From Cyclobacteriaceae bacterium (GTDB lineage Bacteria > Bacteroidota > Bacteroidia > Cytophagales > Cyclobacteriaceae), in NCBI GenBank assembly GCA_026989535.1, contig JALSJD010000102.1, positions 2,868-66,867 of the forward strand: a stretch of DNA of 64,000 nt. Reading direction: 5' to 3'. How positions within the stretch are numbered: the stretch's first letter is position 1; each line of letters opens with the position of its first letter. This document shows, in pieces, positions 52,018 to 61,296 of this stretch. The notes beneath the pieces were generated by a model. That model had not been told where the DNA came from, searched no databases, and was given only the letters and a program-made list of their open reading frames with translations. Made by a program: the position numbers and the translations under genes.

Positions 52018-53541
52018 TTAATGTTTAAAGTGCCTTGTTCCTGTAAAAACCATTGAGATATTATGATTATTGCAATAATCGATGGAATCTTGGTCTTTTT
52101 TGGAACCTCCAGGCTGAATAATGGAAGTGATGCCTGCTTTGTTGGCGGCTTCCACACTATCTGCAAAAGGAAAAAAAGCATCAGAGGCCAGTGCTGCTCC
52201 TTCTACCGAAAACCCAAAAGTCTCCGCTTTTTTAATGGCTTGTTGCAAAGCATCTACCCTAGAGGTTTGCCCCACACCACTGGCCAACATTTGCCCCTCT
52301 TTAACCAGTATAATGGCATTCGACTTGGTGTGCTTGCAAATTTTAGAGGCAAATAATAAATCGGCAATTTCTTGTGTAGTAGGTTGTTTAGTGGTTGCCA
52401 TAGTTAAACCCGCTTTGGCATCGGTGGTGTTATTGGCCGATTGCTGAATTACACCTCCTAATAAAGATTTAAACACTACTTTATCCTGCGGATAATTTTT
52501 GAGTTGCAAGAGTACCCTGTTTTTTTTTGATTGCAAGATGGTTAATGCGGCATCGCTAAAAGAAGGTGCAATCAATACTTCCATAAAAAGTTTGTCAATT
52601 TCTAGGGCAGTTTCTTCATCAATGGCGGTGTTGGATATTAACACACCTCCAAAAGCAGAAAGTGTATCTGCTTCAAAGGCTTTTAAATAAGCATTTTTTG
52701 TTGTGTTGGCCACTGCCACCCCACAGGCATTGGTGTGTTTTAGTATGGCAAAAGCAGTTTCGTCTTCAAATTCTTTAATTAAACTAATGGCCGCTTCAAT
52801 ATCTACTAAATTATTATACGATATTTCTTTACCGTGCAATTGGGTAAATACCTTGTCTAACTCTCCATAAAAAGTTCCTTGCTGATGCGGGTTTTCGCCA
52901 TATCGTAAGGGGCGTTCTTGGGTAATGCTATGTTTAAAAGCAGGTATGTTTTCTTCTGCATTAAAATAATTAAAAATAGCCGTATCGTAATGAGAGCTCA
53001 CATTAAAAGCATAAGCAGCAAATCTTTTTCTTTCGGCCAAGGTGGTTTCTCCATTTCCGTTCTCAAGAATATTAAGCAGTTCAGTATATTGATTTCTTGA
53101 GCTTATAATAAGTGCATCTTTATGATTTTTAGCAGCGGCTCTAATTAACGAAATGCCCCCAATATCAATTTTCTCAATAATGGCTTCGTCTAAAGCTCCA
53201 CTATTCACCGTTTCTTCAAAAGGATATAAATCAACAATGGTCAGGTCTATGGGTGGAATATTGTGCTCCTTAGCTTGTGCAACATCCTTATTATTATCCC
53301 TTCGGTATAAAATGCCTCCAAAAACCGCAGGGTGCAGGGTTTTTACACGCCCTCCAAAAATAGAAGGGTAGCCCGTTAAATCTTCAACAGGCGTAGCCTT
53401 AATGCCCAAATCATTTATAAATTGTAGGGTGCCACCGGTAGAGTATAATTTAACACCTAGTTCATTTAGCTTTTTAATGATGGGTGCTAGGTTGTCTTTA
53501 TGAAAAACAGAAATAAGTGCAGAGGTAATTTTCTTTTGCAT
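52018..53541 (-). CDS. purH: Bifunctional AICAR transformylase / IMP cyclohydrolase
   Basis: ALISV..K, GGRVKTLHP and GSKKDQDSI...RHFKH motifs. Confidence 0.97.
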   Translation of the reverse strand: MQKKITSALISVFHKDNLAPIIKKLNELGVKLYSTGGTLQFINDLGIKATPVEDLTGYPSIFGGRVKTLHPAVFGGILYRRDNNKDVAQAKEHNIPPIDLTIVDLYPFEETVNSGALDEAIIEKIDIGGISLIRAAAKNHKDALIISSRNQYTELLNILENGNGETTLAERKRFAAYAFNVSSHYDTAIFNYFNAEENIPAFKHSITQERPLRYGENPHQQGTFYGELDKVFTQLHGKEISYNNLVDIEAAISLIKEFEDETAFAILKHTNACGVAVANTTKNAYLKAFEADTLSAFGGVLISNTAIDEETALEIDKLFMEVLIAPSFSDAALTILQSKKNRVLLQLKNYPQDKVVFKSLLGGVIQQSANNTTDAKAGLTMATTKQPTTQEIADLLFASKICKHTKSNAIILVKEGQMLASGVGQTSRVDALQQAIKKAETFGFSVEGAALASDAFFPFADSVEAANKAGITSIIQPGGSKKDQDSIDYCNNHNISMVFTGTRHFKH

Positions 53542-53558
53542 GGCTATTTTGTAAGCCG

Positions 53559-53566
53559 CAAAAGTA
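53559..53566 (-). promoter_or_regulatory. Candidate -7 box (TACTTTTG on minus strand)
   Basis: 18 nt upstream of purH ATG 53541. Confidence 0.4.
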
Positions 53567-53828
53567 CCCGATTTTGCAATTATTAGTTATAATCATCCGA
53601 ATAAAAACGCACTAACAGCTATAAAAAGAAATTAACCTCTTTGCCGGATTTATTCCGGCATCCCCCTTTTTATGCATCTAACGAAGAACCGCCTGTGAAT
53701 CCACCCAGTTGGCGGACAGAGGATGGAATAGTTTTTTTAGGCTATGATATAAATGTGGGCACTACCTACGGCACTTTAAAAATTAACGCTTCTTTGCTAG
53801 AGCCCTCTTTGTCCCGATTTAGCAATTA

Positions 53829-54419
53829 TTAGTTTGATTCGGAAAGCAATTTTTCAACAACTTTTAAAATAGTTTCCGGATAGTGTTTATGCTCCAACAT
53901 GTGAATTTTGGCAGCCAGTGAGTCTGCGGTGTCGTTGGGTGCTACAGGGCAAGTAACTTGTGTGATTATACTGCCTTTATCGTATTGGTTATTTACATAA
54001 TGAATGGTGATACCGGACTGTTGTTCTTTATTTTTAATAACTGCTTCGTGCACAAAATGACCGTACATTCCCTTACCTCCATAATTGGGCAGTAAAGCAG
54101 GATGTATATTTAGCAGGGTGAAATTTTTCACGAGCTGCGTGGGTACAAGCCACATAAACCCTGCTAATATTATTAAATCAATTTGATTGTTTTTTAAATG
54201 CGCCAAGATTGCAGGGCTTTTATAAAAATCTTCTTTAGTAAATGATTTAGTTTTAATACCAAATTTTTTGCCTCGGGTTAAAGCATAGGCCGCTGGATTA
54301 TTGGAGTAAATACATTTAATATCTACCAATTTATTACCCTTAAAATAGTCGAGTATGGCTTGTGCATTAGTGCCACTGCCCGAAGCAAAAATGGCTATAT
54401 TTATGGATGTCTTTCCCAT
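53829..54419 (-). CDS. purN: Phosphoribosylglycinamide formyltransferase
   Basis: ASGSGTNA, NIHPALLP and G.T.H.V motifs. Confidence 0.92.
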   Translation of the reverse strand: MGKTSINIAIFASGSGTNAQAILDYFKGNKLVDIKCIYSNNPAAYALTRGKKFGIKTKSFTKEDFYKSPAILAHLKNNQIDLIILAGFMWLVPTQLVKNFTLLNIHPALLPNYGGKGMYGHFVHEAVIKNKEQQSGITIHYVNNQYDKGSIITQVTCPVAPNDTADSLAAKIHMLEHKHYPETILKVVEKLLSESN

Positions 54420-54534
54420 TAATCTAAATGCACATTTTGAAAAAAAATAAATACTAAAAATAACATAAATAGCGGGTTTTCAAAGCTTGAGATTGGTTTG
54501 AGTTCATTTTCAAAATGTTTATGAATAGTTCAGG

Positions 54535-55377
54535 TTAAATTAATATCATGCTGGCAATGCCTATTACCATAATTGCTTTAGCAACAGTACTTAGTTTGGC
54601 GTAATCCTGTTTTTTATCAGCGTAAAAAAGTTTGATACAAAGAAAACCAAGAATAAGGAGGAGGGTAATTAAAAAGGGTATAAATAAATGCCATTGGTTG
54701 GTTATAAAAATAACAACTGCAATAAAAAAACTAATAACCCCATAAATTGTTTTTTTAGTATTAGACACCCCAATAGCAATAGGCAATGTTTTGCACCCAA
54801 ACTTTTCATCTCCTTCCATATCTTCCAAATCCTTTATAATTTCTCTAATAAGCGAAATAAAAAAAGCAAAAATGGCATACATTAAAATGGATTCTAAATT
54901 GGTATAATAATGTAAATACACCACAAAAACCGATAGCCCAGTGAGGAAGCTAACCGTTAAATTTCCCCATAGCGGGAGTCGTTTTAACTGGTTAGAATAA
55001 AGCCAAAGCAAAAATGCCGCAAGCATATTAACGCCCAATATCCACCAAGAAACAAAACCGCCTAATACAATGCCTGTAAAATTAAATATAGAATGGATGA
55101 TAAGCACTTGCCTTCTTTTAATATGCTTGCCAATTACCACGCGCGCTGGCTTATTTACATAATCTATTTTTATATCGTAATAATCGTTGATGAGGTAGCC
55201 GGCAGAAGCAATTAACAGGGTAGAAATAATTAAAATTAAAAAAGGAACATCTAATACTAATGCCTGAATGCTAACTGGTTTTACTAAAAATAAAGCCACC
55301 ATAAATTGTGTGATGGCAATAATGGCAAGGTTCGGAAACCGAATGAGTTTTAATAGTTGTAGTAAATTAGTCATCAT
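54535..55377 (-). CDS. UbiA-family prenyltransferase
   Basis: Polytopic, with NDYYD and a DxxxD-like second motif (DLEDMEGDEKFG). Confidence 0.8.
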   Translation of the reverse strand: MMTNLLQLLKLIRFPNLAIIAITQFMVALFLVKPVSIQALVLDVPFLILIISTLLIASAGYLINDYYDIKIDYVNKPARVVIGKHIKRRQVLIIHSIFNFTGIVLGGFVSWWILGVNMLAAFLLWLYSNQLKRLPLWGNLTVSFLTGLSVFVVYLHYYTNLESILMYAIFAFFISLIREIIKDLEDMEGDEKFGCKTLPIAIGVSNTKKTIYGVISFFIAVVIFITNQWHLFIPFLITLLLILGFLCIKLFYADKKQDYAKLSTVAKAIMVIGIASMILI

Positions 55378-56167
55378 ACTCGGGTTGGTAATAATTTACT
55401 ATTTGTTGGGTGATGAGCCTGTACAACTCTTGCCTTTCGGGTTGAGGAGCCAATAATTCCATCTGGGCATCCAGTACTTCAAAATCGCCTCTTTTTGCTG
55501 GGCCTGTTTGTGCATTTTTTGGGTCTAACTCAATGGCCTTGGCAATGGATTGCTCTAATAGAGGCTGTAACAAAGATAGGTCTAAGTCCGATTCTTTTAG
55601 AATGGCTTGCGATTGGGTGAGTATCCAATTGGTAAAATTATTAGCAAATACTGCGGCCAAATGTAATTGCTGCCGTTGGCTGGAAGAAATATTATATACA
55701 TTGGATGAAACCTGTTTGGCCAATTTTGTAAGTGCATTTCTAGTAAAATTATTTTCAGCTTCTACAAAAAAAGGAATCTCACTAAAATTAGCTCGTTGGT
55801 GTTTTGTAAATGTTTGTAGCGGATAAAAAACCCCAATATTTGAAGAGGCTAAATAACCCAATGTACTCAGTGGAACGGAGCCAGACGTATGCGCTATTAG
55901 TATGTTATCGGGTAAAATAATTTCTTTGGCCACTTCTTCAATGGCATCATCGGCAACCGCAATAAGGATGACATCGGCCTCATTACTCGAAAAATCTAAA
56001 TCGGTTTTTACTTGCCCTTCATATAATTTACCTGCAAGCTTTTGGGCGTTTTCGGGGTTGCGGCTGTAAATATTTCGAACCGAGGCCCCTGCATTTTCAA
56101 GTGCAGGGGCTAGGTTCCAAGCCAAGTTGCCTGCCCCAACAAAATCGATTTTTAGTGCCTTGCCCAT
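55367..56167 (-). CDS. Rossmann-fold NADP-oxidoreductase-like protein (DUF2520 type)
   Basis: FVGAGNLAWNLAPAL N-terminus; C-terminal PAKRGD motif. Confidence 0.65.
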   Translation of the reverse strand: MGKALKIDFVGAGNLAWNLAPALENAGASVRNIYSRNPENAQKLAGKLYEGQVKTDLDFSSNEADVILIAVADDAIEEVAKEIILPDNILIAHTSGSVPLSTLGYLASSNIGVFYPLQTFTKHQRANFSEIPFFVEAENNFTRNALTKLAKQVSSNVYNISSSQRQQLHLAAVFANNFTNWILTQSQAILKESDLDLSLLQPLLEQSIAKAIELDPKNAQTGPAKRGDFEVLDAQMELLAPQPERQELYRLITQQIVNYYQPEYDD

Positions 56168-56212
56168 ACGTTTTTGCAGTTAACCACTCAAGTGTATTTT
56201 TTTATCTTAGTT

Positions 56213-56372
56213 GAGTCCACTCCGAAAACACCCAAAACCAAAAAAGTCTCTTTTGGCGACCTTTTCATTTTTCTCAATTAGCTGATACTCAGGCATCACC
56301 GAATCTTGAAAAATGAAAATCTCATCCAAAATAACTCTTTTTGTGAAAATTGCCTGTTTTCGGAGTGGACTC
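56213..56372. mobile_element. MITE family A, full copy A3 (160 bp)
   Basis: Perfect 17-nt TIRs (56213-56229 and 56356-56372). Flanked by a perfect 6-bp direct repeat TTAGTT (56207-56212 and 56373-56378). Confidence 0.85.
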
Positions 56373-56411
56373 TTAGTTCAAATCGTTAATCTTGATGTAA
56401 ATATCATACTT

Positions 56412-57539
56412 ATGCGACATCTAATCTACATTTTATCAATTTCAATAATTGGATTTTTTTCATGTGAGCAAAAAACTGCCCAAGAATACGATGAACCAAC
56501 TGAGGTAGAACTTCATGCTTTAGCCGATTCCTTAGCGCATAAATTTATTATTGTGGATGGGCACGTTGATATTCCTTATCGTATGTGGAACAACCCAGAA
56601 GATATTTCGGTACGTACAAAAAATGGACATTTTGATTATGTGAGAGCTAAAGAAGGAGGACTAGATGCACCTATTATGTCCATTTATATTCCTTCTGCGA
56701 GGGAAGATAATGGGGCTAAAATGCTGGCAGATAGTTTAATTGAGTTGGTTGAAAATATGGCCAGGGAGCATCCTGATAAATTTGCCATTGCTACTAACCC
56801 TGCTCAAATTAAGGCGCAATTTGCCAAAGGGCTTATTTCATTGCCCATGGGGATGGAAAACGGAGCACCCATTGCCCACGATTTAACTAACGTGCAATAC
56901 TTTTATAATCGGGGGATTAGGTATATCACCTTAACCCACGCAAAGGCAAACCATATTTCAGATTCCTCGTATGACAGCATACGGTTGTGGAATGGACTTA
57001 GCCCGTTTGGAGAGAAAGTGGTTGCAGAAATGAACCGTGTGGGCATTATGGTGGATATTTCGCACGTAAGCGATAGTGCTTTTTATGATGTGTTGGCCAT
57101 TACAAAAGTGCCAGTAATTGCCTCTCACTCTAGTTGCAGGCATTTTACGCCCGGTATGGAGCGTAATATGTCGGATGATATGATAAAGGCATTGGCAAAA
57201 AATGGTGGTGTAGTTCACATCAATTTTGGGTCGTTCTTTTTAGACCCTGCTTTTGCCAATAAAAATAGAGATACCACTTATTTTGCCAAGGCATCTCAAA
57301 TTGCTGATAATGTAGATCGTGTGGTAGAACTTGCAGGTATTGATTATGTAGCCTTTGGCTCTGATTTTGATGGCGTAGGCGATTTGCCAGAAGATGTAAA
57401 AGACGCCTCTCAATTACCCAATGTGTTGTATGAACTTTTAAAAAGAGGCTATTCTGCAAAAGACATTGAAAAAATATGCAATAAAAATACCTTTAGAGTT
57501 TGGCAGCAAGCAGAGGACTTTGCAGTTTCTCAAAATTAA
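56412..57539 (+). CDS. Membrane dipeptidase (peptidase M19), lipoprotein-like
   Basis: DGHVDIPYR, the LTH region and FGSDFDG motifs. I place the start at MRHLIYILSISIIGFFSCEQ (56412); the ORF-track start at 56313 reads through the MITE. Confidence 0.85.
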   Translation: MRHLIYILSISIIGFFSCEQKTAQEYDEPTEVELHALADSLAHKFIIVDGHVDIPYRMWNNPEDISVRTKNGHFDYVRAKEGGLDAPIMSIYIPSAREDNGAKMLADSLIELVENMAREHPDKFAIATNPAQIKAQFAKGLISLPMGMENGAPIAHDLTNVQYFYNRGIRYITLTHAKANHISDSSYDSIRLWNGLSPFGEKVVAEMNRVGIMVDISHVSDSAFYDVLAITKVPVIASHSSCRHFTPGMERNMSDDMIKALAKNGGVVHINFGSFFLDPAFANKNRDTTYFAKASQIADNVDRVVELAGIDYVAFGSDFDGVGDLPEDVKDASQLPNVLYELLKRGYSAKDIEKICNKNTFRVWQQAEDFAVSQN

Positions 57540-57778
57540 TGCTAGCAAAGGACGACTTGTACTCTAAAGCGCAACTTGCTTTACGAAATGGCAACGACAA
57601 AGAAGAAATTTGGGTTGCCTATAAAGGGGTTATTTATGACGTTGGTGATTCGAAACTTTGGCGAAATGGCCAGCATTATGAGCATTGGGCAGGGCAAGAT
57701 TTAACAGATGAATTGAAAGATGCACCTCACACCAATAAAGTATTCGCCAAATTTAATATTATAGGACACCTCTATTAA
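57539..57778 (+). CDS. Small cytochrome b5-like heme/steroid-binding domain protein
   Basis: IWVAYKGVIYDVGDSKLWRNGQHYEHWAGQDLTDEL. ATG 57539 overlaps the upstream stop (TAATG). Confidence 0.6.
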   Translation: MLAKDDLYSKAQLALRNGNDKEEIWVAYKGVIYDVGDSKLWRNGQHYEHWAGQDLTDELKDAPHTNKVFAKFNIIGHLY

Positions 57779-58029
57779 TTAATTTTGCCCTCTGTTAGAA
57801 ATAAAGTGCTTAGATGCAAGGCAGAATCGACAAAGAAGGCTGGTTGCCTTTTTGTCGATTATAACGAAGCAGATAAGTGCTTTAATCTAACCCAAAGGAG
57901 CTTTTTATGAGGATCGTGCTCTTCGTTGTGCTTTCTAGTCAGGCAACTAGCCTGCCTTTGAAACCACGCCTCGATCACAAACCTCAGAAAAAGCCAGAGG
58001 GTACAAGTAATTAATAGAGGTGTCCTATA
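57761..58029. repeat. 269-bp nested palindrome: 34-nt outer inverted arms with an inner roughly 100-nt hairpin
   Basis: ATAGGACACCTCTATTAATTA...CCCTCTG at 57761-57794 against the reverse complement of 57996-58029 (first 21 nt identical, about 28 of 34 overall). The inner arms are 57793-57840 and 57846-57891. Confidence 0.65.
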
Positions 58030-58046
58030 GGAAAACTAAAAAACTA

Positions 58047-58883
58047 ATGTGGTTAATAGCAGACAGTGGTTCCACCAAAACGGAGTGGATTTTATTTGAT
58101 TCTACCGGGCAAATGCAAACAGTAACTACCGCAGGGCTTAATCCCCTATACCTCTCTGAAACAGCGTTTATTGCTGAATTAGAAGACCCGATTTTGGTTG
58201 ATTGGGCAAGCCAAGTTACACGGGTATGGTTTTATGGAGCAGGATGTGGAGATACCAAAATAAACTATACTACTGCTAATTGGCTAAAATCATTTTTTGT
58301 AAAAGCGCATGTAAATGTAGCCTCAGATTTGTTGGGCGCTGCCAGAGCCACATGCGGAACCAGCAAAGGAATAGTGGCTATTTTAGGAACGGGTTCTAAT
58401 AGTTGCTATTACGATGGCAAGGGTATTAAAATGCACATTAAACCACTTGGGTTTATTTTGGGCGATGAAGGAAGCGGTGCGGCTCTTGGCAAGGCTTTGT
58501 TAAAAAAGTTGCTAAGAGATGAGTTTTCGTCTAATTTATCTAAATTAATTTACAAAGAAATTGGGCTAGACTATCACAAAATAATTAGTAAAGTTTATAA
58601 AGAAGAATGGCCGAATCGTTTTATAGCTTCTTGTGCTAAAGCGTTATTCTTATACAAAGAAGAAGCGGAAATCGAGAAAGTTTTAAGGAAGGAATTTGAT
58701 ACGTTTACTTTATTGATAAAAAAATATGAGTCAACCTTAAAAATTAATCTCATTGGCTCAATTGGGTTTTATTTTAAAGATTTTATTGCAACAAGTTTGC
58801 AAGATCAAGGGCTCGAAATTGGGAAGGTATTAAAATCGCCCACAGAAGCATTGGTTGGGTATCATCTTCAAAATAAGGATTAA
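58047..58883 (+). CDS. BadF/BadG/BcrA/BcrD-type ATPase, N-acetylglucosamine kinase-like
   Basis: LIADSGSTKTEW, GAGCG and ILGTGSN motifs. Start at MWLIAD (58047). Confidence 0.75.
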   Translation: MWLIADSGSTKTEWILFDSTGQMQTVTTAGLNPLYLSETAFIAELEDPILVDWASQVTRVWFYGAGCGDTKINYTTANWLKSFFVKAHVNVASDLLGAARATCGTSKGIVAILGTGSNSCYYDGKGIKMHIKPLGFILGDEGSGAALGKALLKKLLRDEFSSNLSKLIYKEIGLDYHKIISKVYKEEWPNRFIASCAKALFLYKEEAEIEKVLRKEFDTFTLLIKKYESTLKINLIGSIGFYFKDFIATSLQDQGLEIGKVLKSPTEALVGYHLQNKD

Positions 58884-59470
58884 ACTTTTTCGATTTTTGC
58901 TAGCAACGGAATTAAATAATTAGTGCCAGTTTTTGACTCGCAGCATAAAGCACGGGTTCTACGTGATTTTACTTTTTTAAATACCCGTTGTTTAAAAATA
59001 AATTCATCTCCTTCATCAATATCTTTTATATACGTGGCGTTTTTATCGCTGCTAGAAAATAAAATAGCCCATAACTGTGGGTCGGCAGAAAGGGACGCTT
59101 TCGGGTTTTTCAAATGTTTTGCCAAAACTGAGAGTAACTCATTATTAAATATAGTAGGGTTTAACACGGGCAACATTAATTTTTTAAAAGCATTTTTCCA
59201 TTCCCATCCGTGTGGTTTTGCAGTTCTGCCATATTGCAGCATTACTTCCAAATGAGCTAATTCGTGTAAATAAGTAATTAAAAATAAAGGTTTGGATAAA
59301 CCTCTGTTAATGGAGATAATATGTGTTTTTGAGTTAGGCCAATGTTTATAATGCCCAAATTTAGATTTGCGGTTAAAACTTAGGTCTAGCCTAAAAGAGT
59401 ACTGTTTACTTACGGTTTTGCAATACTCAATGGCATTTTTAGGAAGGTATTGCTCAAATACGTCTGTCAT
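58880..59470 (-). CDS. SprT-like zinc metalloprotease domain protein
   Basis: HELAHL (HExxH) in a 196-aa soluble protein. Confidence 0.55.
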   Translation of the reverse strand: MTDVFEQYLPKNAIEYCKTVSKQYSFRLDLSFNRKSKFGHYKHWPNSKTHIISINRGLSKPLFLITYLHELAHLEVMLQYGRTAKPHGWEWKNAFKKLMLPVLNPTIFNNELLSVLAKHLKNPKASLSADPQLWAILFSSSDKNATYIKDIDEGDEFIFKQRVFKKVKSRRTRALCCESKTGTNYLIPLLAKIEKV

Positions 59471-59484
59471 AATTTGTAAAAATA

Positions 59485-59517
59485 AAAAAGGAGAAAACCA
59501 TTGGCCTTCTCCTTTTT
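59485..59517 (-). terminator. Rho-independent terminator after the lipoprotein gene
   Basis: AAAAAGGAGAA / TTCTCCTTTTT 11-bp stem with a T-rich tail on the minus strand. Confidence 0.6.
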
Positions 59518-59535
59518 ATAAACGTTAGAATGTTA

Positions 59536-59763
59536 TTATTCTTCAGTTGATTCTTCTGAGTGCTCCCCTTCCATTTCCGTAGCAGTAGAGTCAGCTTCCA
59601 CTTCTTCAGCTGGAGCTACTACTTCTTCAACAACTTCAACTTCTTCAGCTGCAGGAGCCGCTTCTTCTGTTGTTGCTTCTTCAGTTGAAGAACTCTCTCC
59701 ACCGCAGGCAACCATACCAAACGCAAAGCCAACTGCGAGCAATAATGTTAATAATTTTTTCAT
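59536..59763 (-). CDS. Small acidic lipoprotein
   Basis: Lipobox LLAVGFAFGMVAC followed by a low-complexity E/A/V/T-rich segment. Confidence 0.6.
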   Translation of the reverse strand: MKKLLTLLLAVGFAFGMVACGGESSSTEEATTEEAAPAAEEVEVVEEVVAPAEEVEADSTATEMEGEHSEESTEE

Positions 59764-59834
59764 AATTATGTTAGATTAAAAATGTTAGTAAATGCTAAAT
59801 TTCTGAAAAAATCAGAATAATCCTAATTATAAGC

Positions 59835-61142
59835 TTATTTTTTTCTAAAATAGACCCTTACAGGTACTCCTTCTAAATTAAAATGGCTCCTTAATTTGTT
59901 CTCTAAAAACCGTTGGTAAGGTGCTTTTATGTACTGAGGCAAATTGCAGAAAAAAGCAAAACTTGTTGCTTGGGTTGGTAGTTGAGTAATGTATTTAATC
60001 TTAATGTGTTTTCCTTTTAATGCGGGTGGCGGATATCGTTCTATTTCAGGTAAAATTGCATCATTCAGCTTAGAGGTGGCTATTTTTTGTGCTCGATTTT
60101 CATATATTTCAACCGCTAATTCAATGGCTTTAAAAATTCGCTGCTTGTTTATTACCGAAGTAAACACAATAGGCGCATAGCTCAAAGGACCCAATTTTTG
60201 CTTCATTTCCTCTCTAATTTTAACTGCCGTATTAGTTTCTTTTTCCACCAAATCCCACTTATTAATCATTATTAAAACGCCTTTGCCATATTTGTCGGCT
60301 AATGCTATAATGTTAACATCTTGGGCTTCTAGTCCCCGCTCGGCATCAATTAAAATAATACAAATATCGCTGTCTTGCAGCGATTGTAAAGCTCTTAAAA
60401 CAGAGTAAAATTCAATATCCTCCGTAACTTTAGATTTTTTACGAATACCCGCGGTATCGGTTAAGATAAAATCCTTGCCAAATAAATTATAGCGTGTATT
60501 TATAGAATCACGAGTGGTGCCTGCCTGGTCGGTAACTATGTTTCGGTCGGTGCCCACCAAGGCATTTACAAAGGAGGATTTGCCTGCATTGGGGCGGCCT
60601 AAAATGGCAATTCTTGGAATGCCCTCATCAGGGTTGCCTTTATCTTCCGATTCAAAAGTTTTAACCACGGCATCTAATAACTCTCCCGTACCAGAGCCAT
60701 TGGAAGAAGAGATAGGGAAAACTTCATCGAATCCTAGTGCATAAAATTCGCCTGCCATAAAGCTCATTTCGGTGGTATCAGATTTGTTTACAGCAACAAA
60801 TACGGGCTTGCCTACTTGCCTAACTACTTTGGCAAAATCCTCATCTAATCCAGTTAGCCCATCTTTAGCATCTACCATAAAAATGATGCACGAAGCTTCG
60901 CCCAAGGCAAGTTTCACTTGGTCGCGAATGGCTCCCTCAAAAATATCATCCGATCCACTTACATACCCTCCGGTATCAATAGTGGTAAAATGTTTGCCCG
61001 TCCATTCGGCATAGCCGTATTGCCTGTCACGGGTTACGCCACTTTCATTATCCATTATAGCGGTTCTTTTTTCTACCAGTCGGTTAAAAAAAGTTGATTT
61101 GCCCACATTGGGTCTTCCTACTATTGCAACTATGTTTGCCAT
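59835..61142 (-). CDS. der: Ribosome-associated GTPase Der (EngA), double G-domain
   Basis: GRPNVGKST and GRPNAGKSS P-loops plus a KH-like C-terminus. Confidence 0.95.
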   Translation of the reverse strand: MANIVAIVGRPNVGKSTFFNRLVEKRTAIMDNESGVTRDRQYGYAEWTGKHFTTIDTGGYVSGSDDIFEGAIRDQVKLALGEASCIIFMVDAKDGLTGLDEDFAKVVRQVGKPVFVAVNKSDTTEMSFMAGEFYALGFDEVFPISSSNGSGTGELLDAVVKTFESEDKGNPDEGIPRIAILGRPNAGKSSFVNALVGTDRNIVTDQAGTTRDSINTRYNLFGKDFILTDTAGIRKKSKVTEDIEFYSVLRALQSLQDSDICIILIDAERGLEAQDVNIIALADKYGKGVLIMINKWDLVEKETNTAVKIREEMKQKLGPLSYAPIVFTSVINKQRIFKAIELAVEIYENRAQKIATSKLNDAILPEIERYPPPALKGKHIKIKYITQLPTQATSFAFFCNLPQYIKAPYQRFLENKLRSHFNLEGVPVRVYFRKK

Positions 61143-61202
61143 TTTATCTCTTTATTGTGTTGCCACGAATTTATTAAAAATATTCACTTTTTAAGTCGAT
61201 AC

Positions 61203-61265
61203 AATGAGAGAATGAGAGAGTAAAAATAATTCTCCTTTACTATAGCATTCTCTCATTCTCTCATT
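61203..61265. repeat. 16-bp perfect inverted repeat built from CATTCTCTCATT units
   Basis: AATGAGAGAATGAGAG at 61203-61218 pairs with CTCTCATTCTCTCATT at 61250-61265. A third CATTCTCTCATT lies at 61279-61290. Confidence 0.6.
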
Positions 61266-61296
61266 CAATCATTTTTTCATTCTCTCATTTCTTTAA

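Noticed and set aside
58880-58883. Convergent genes sharing a TTAA, so that the TAA stops of both strands overlap
   Set aside because: It is real, but it is a trivial consequence of the palindromic TTAA. I see no functional implication.
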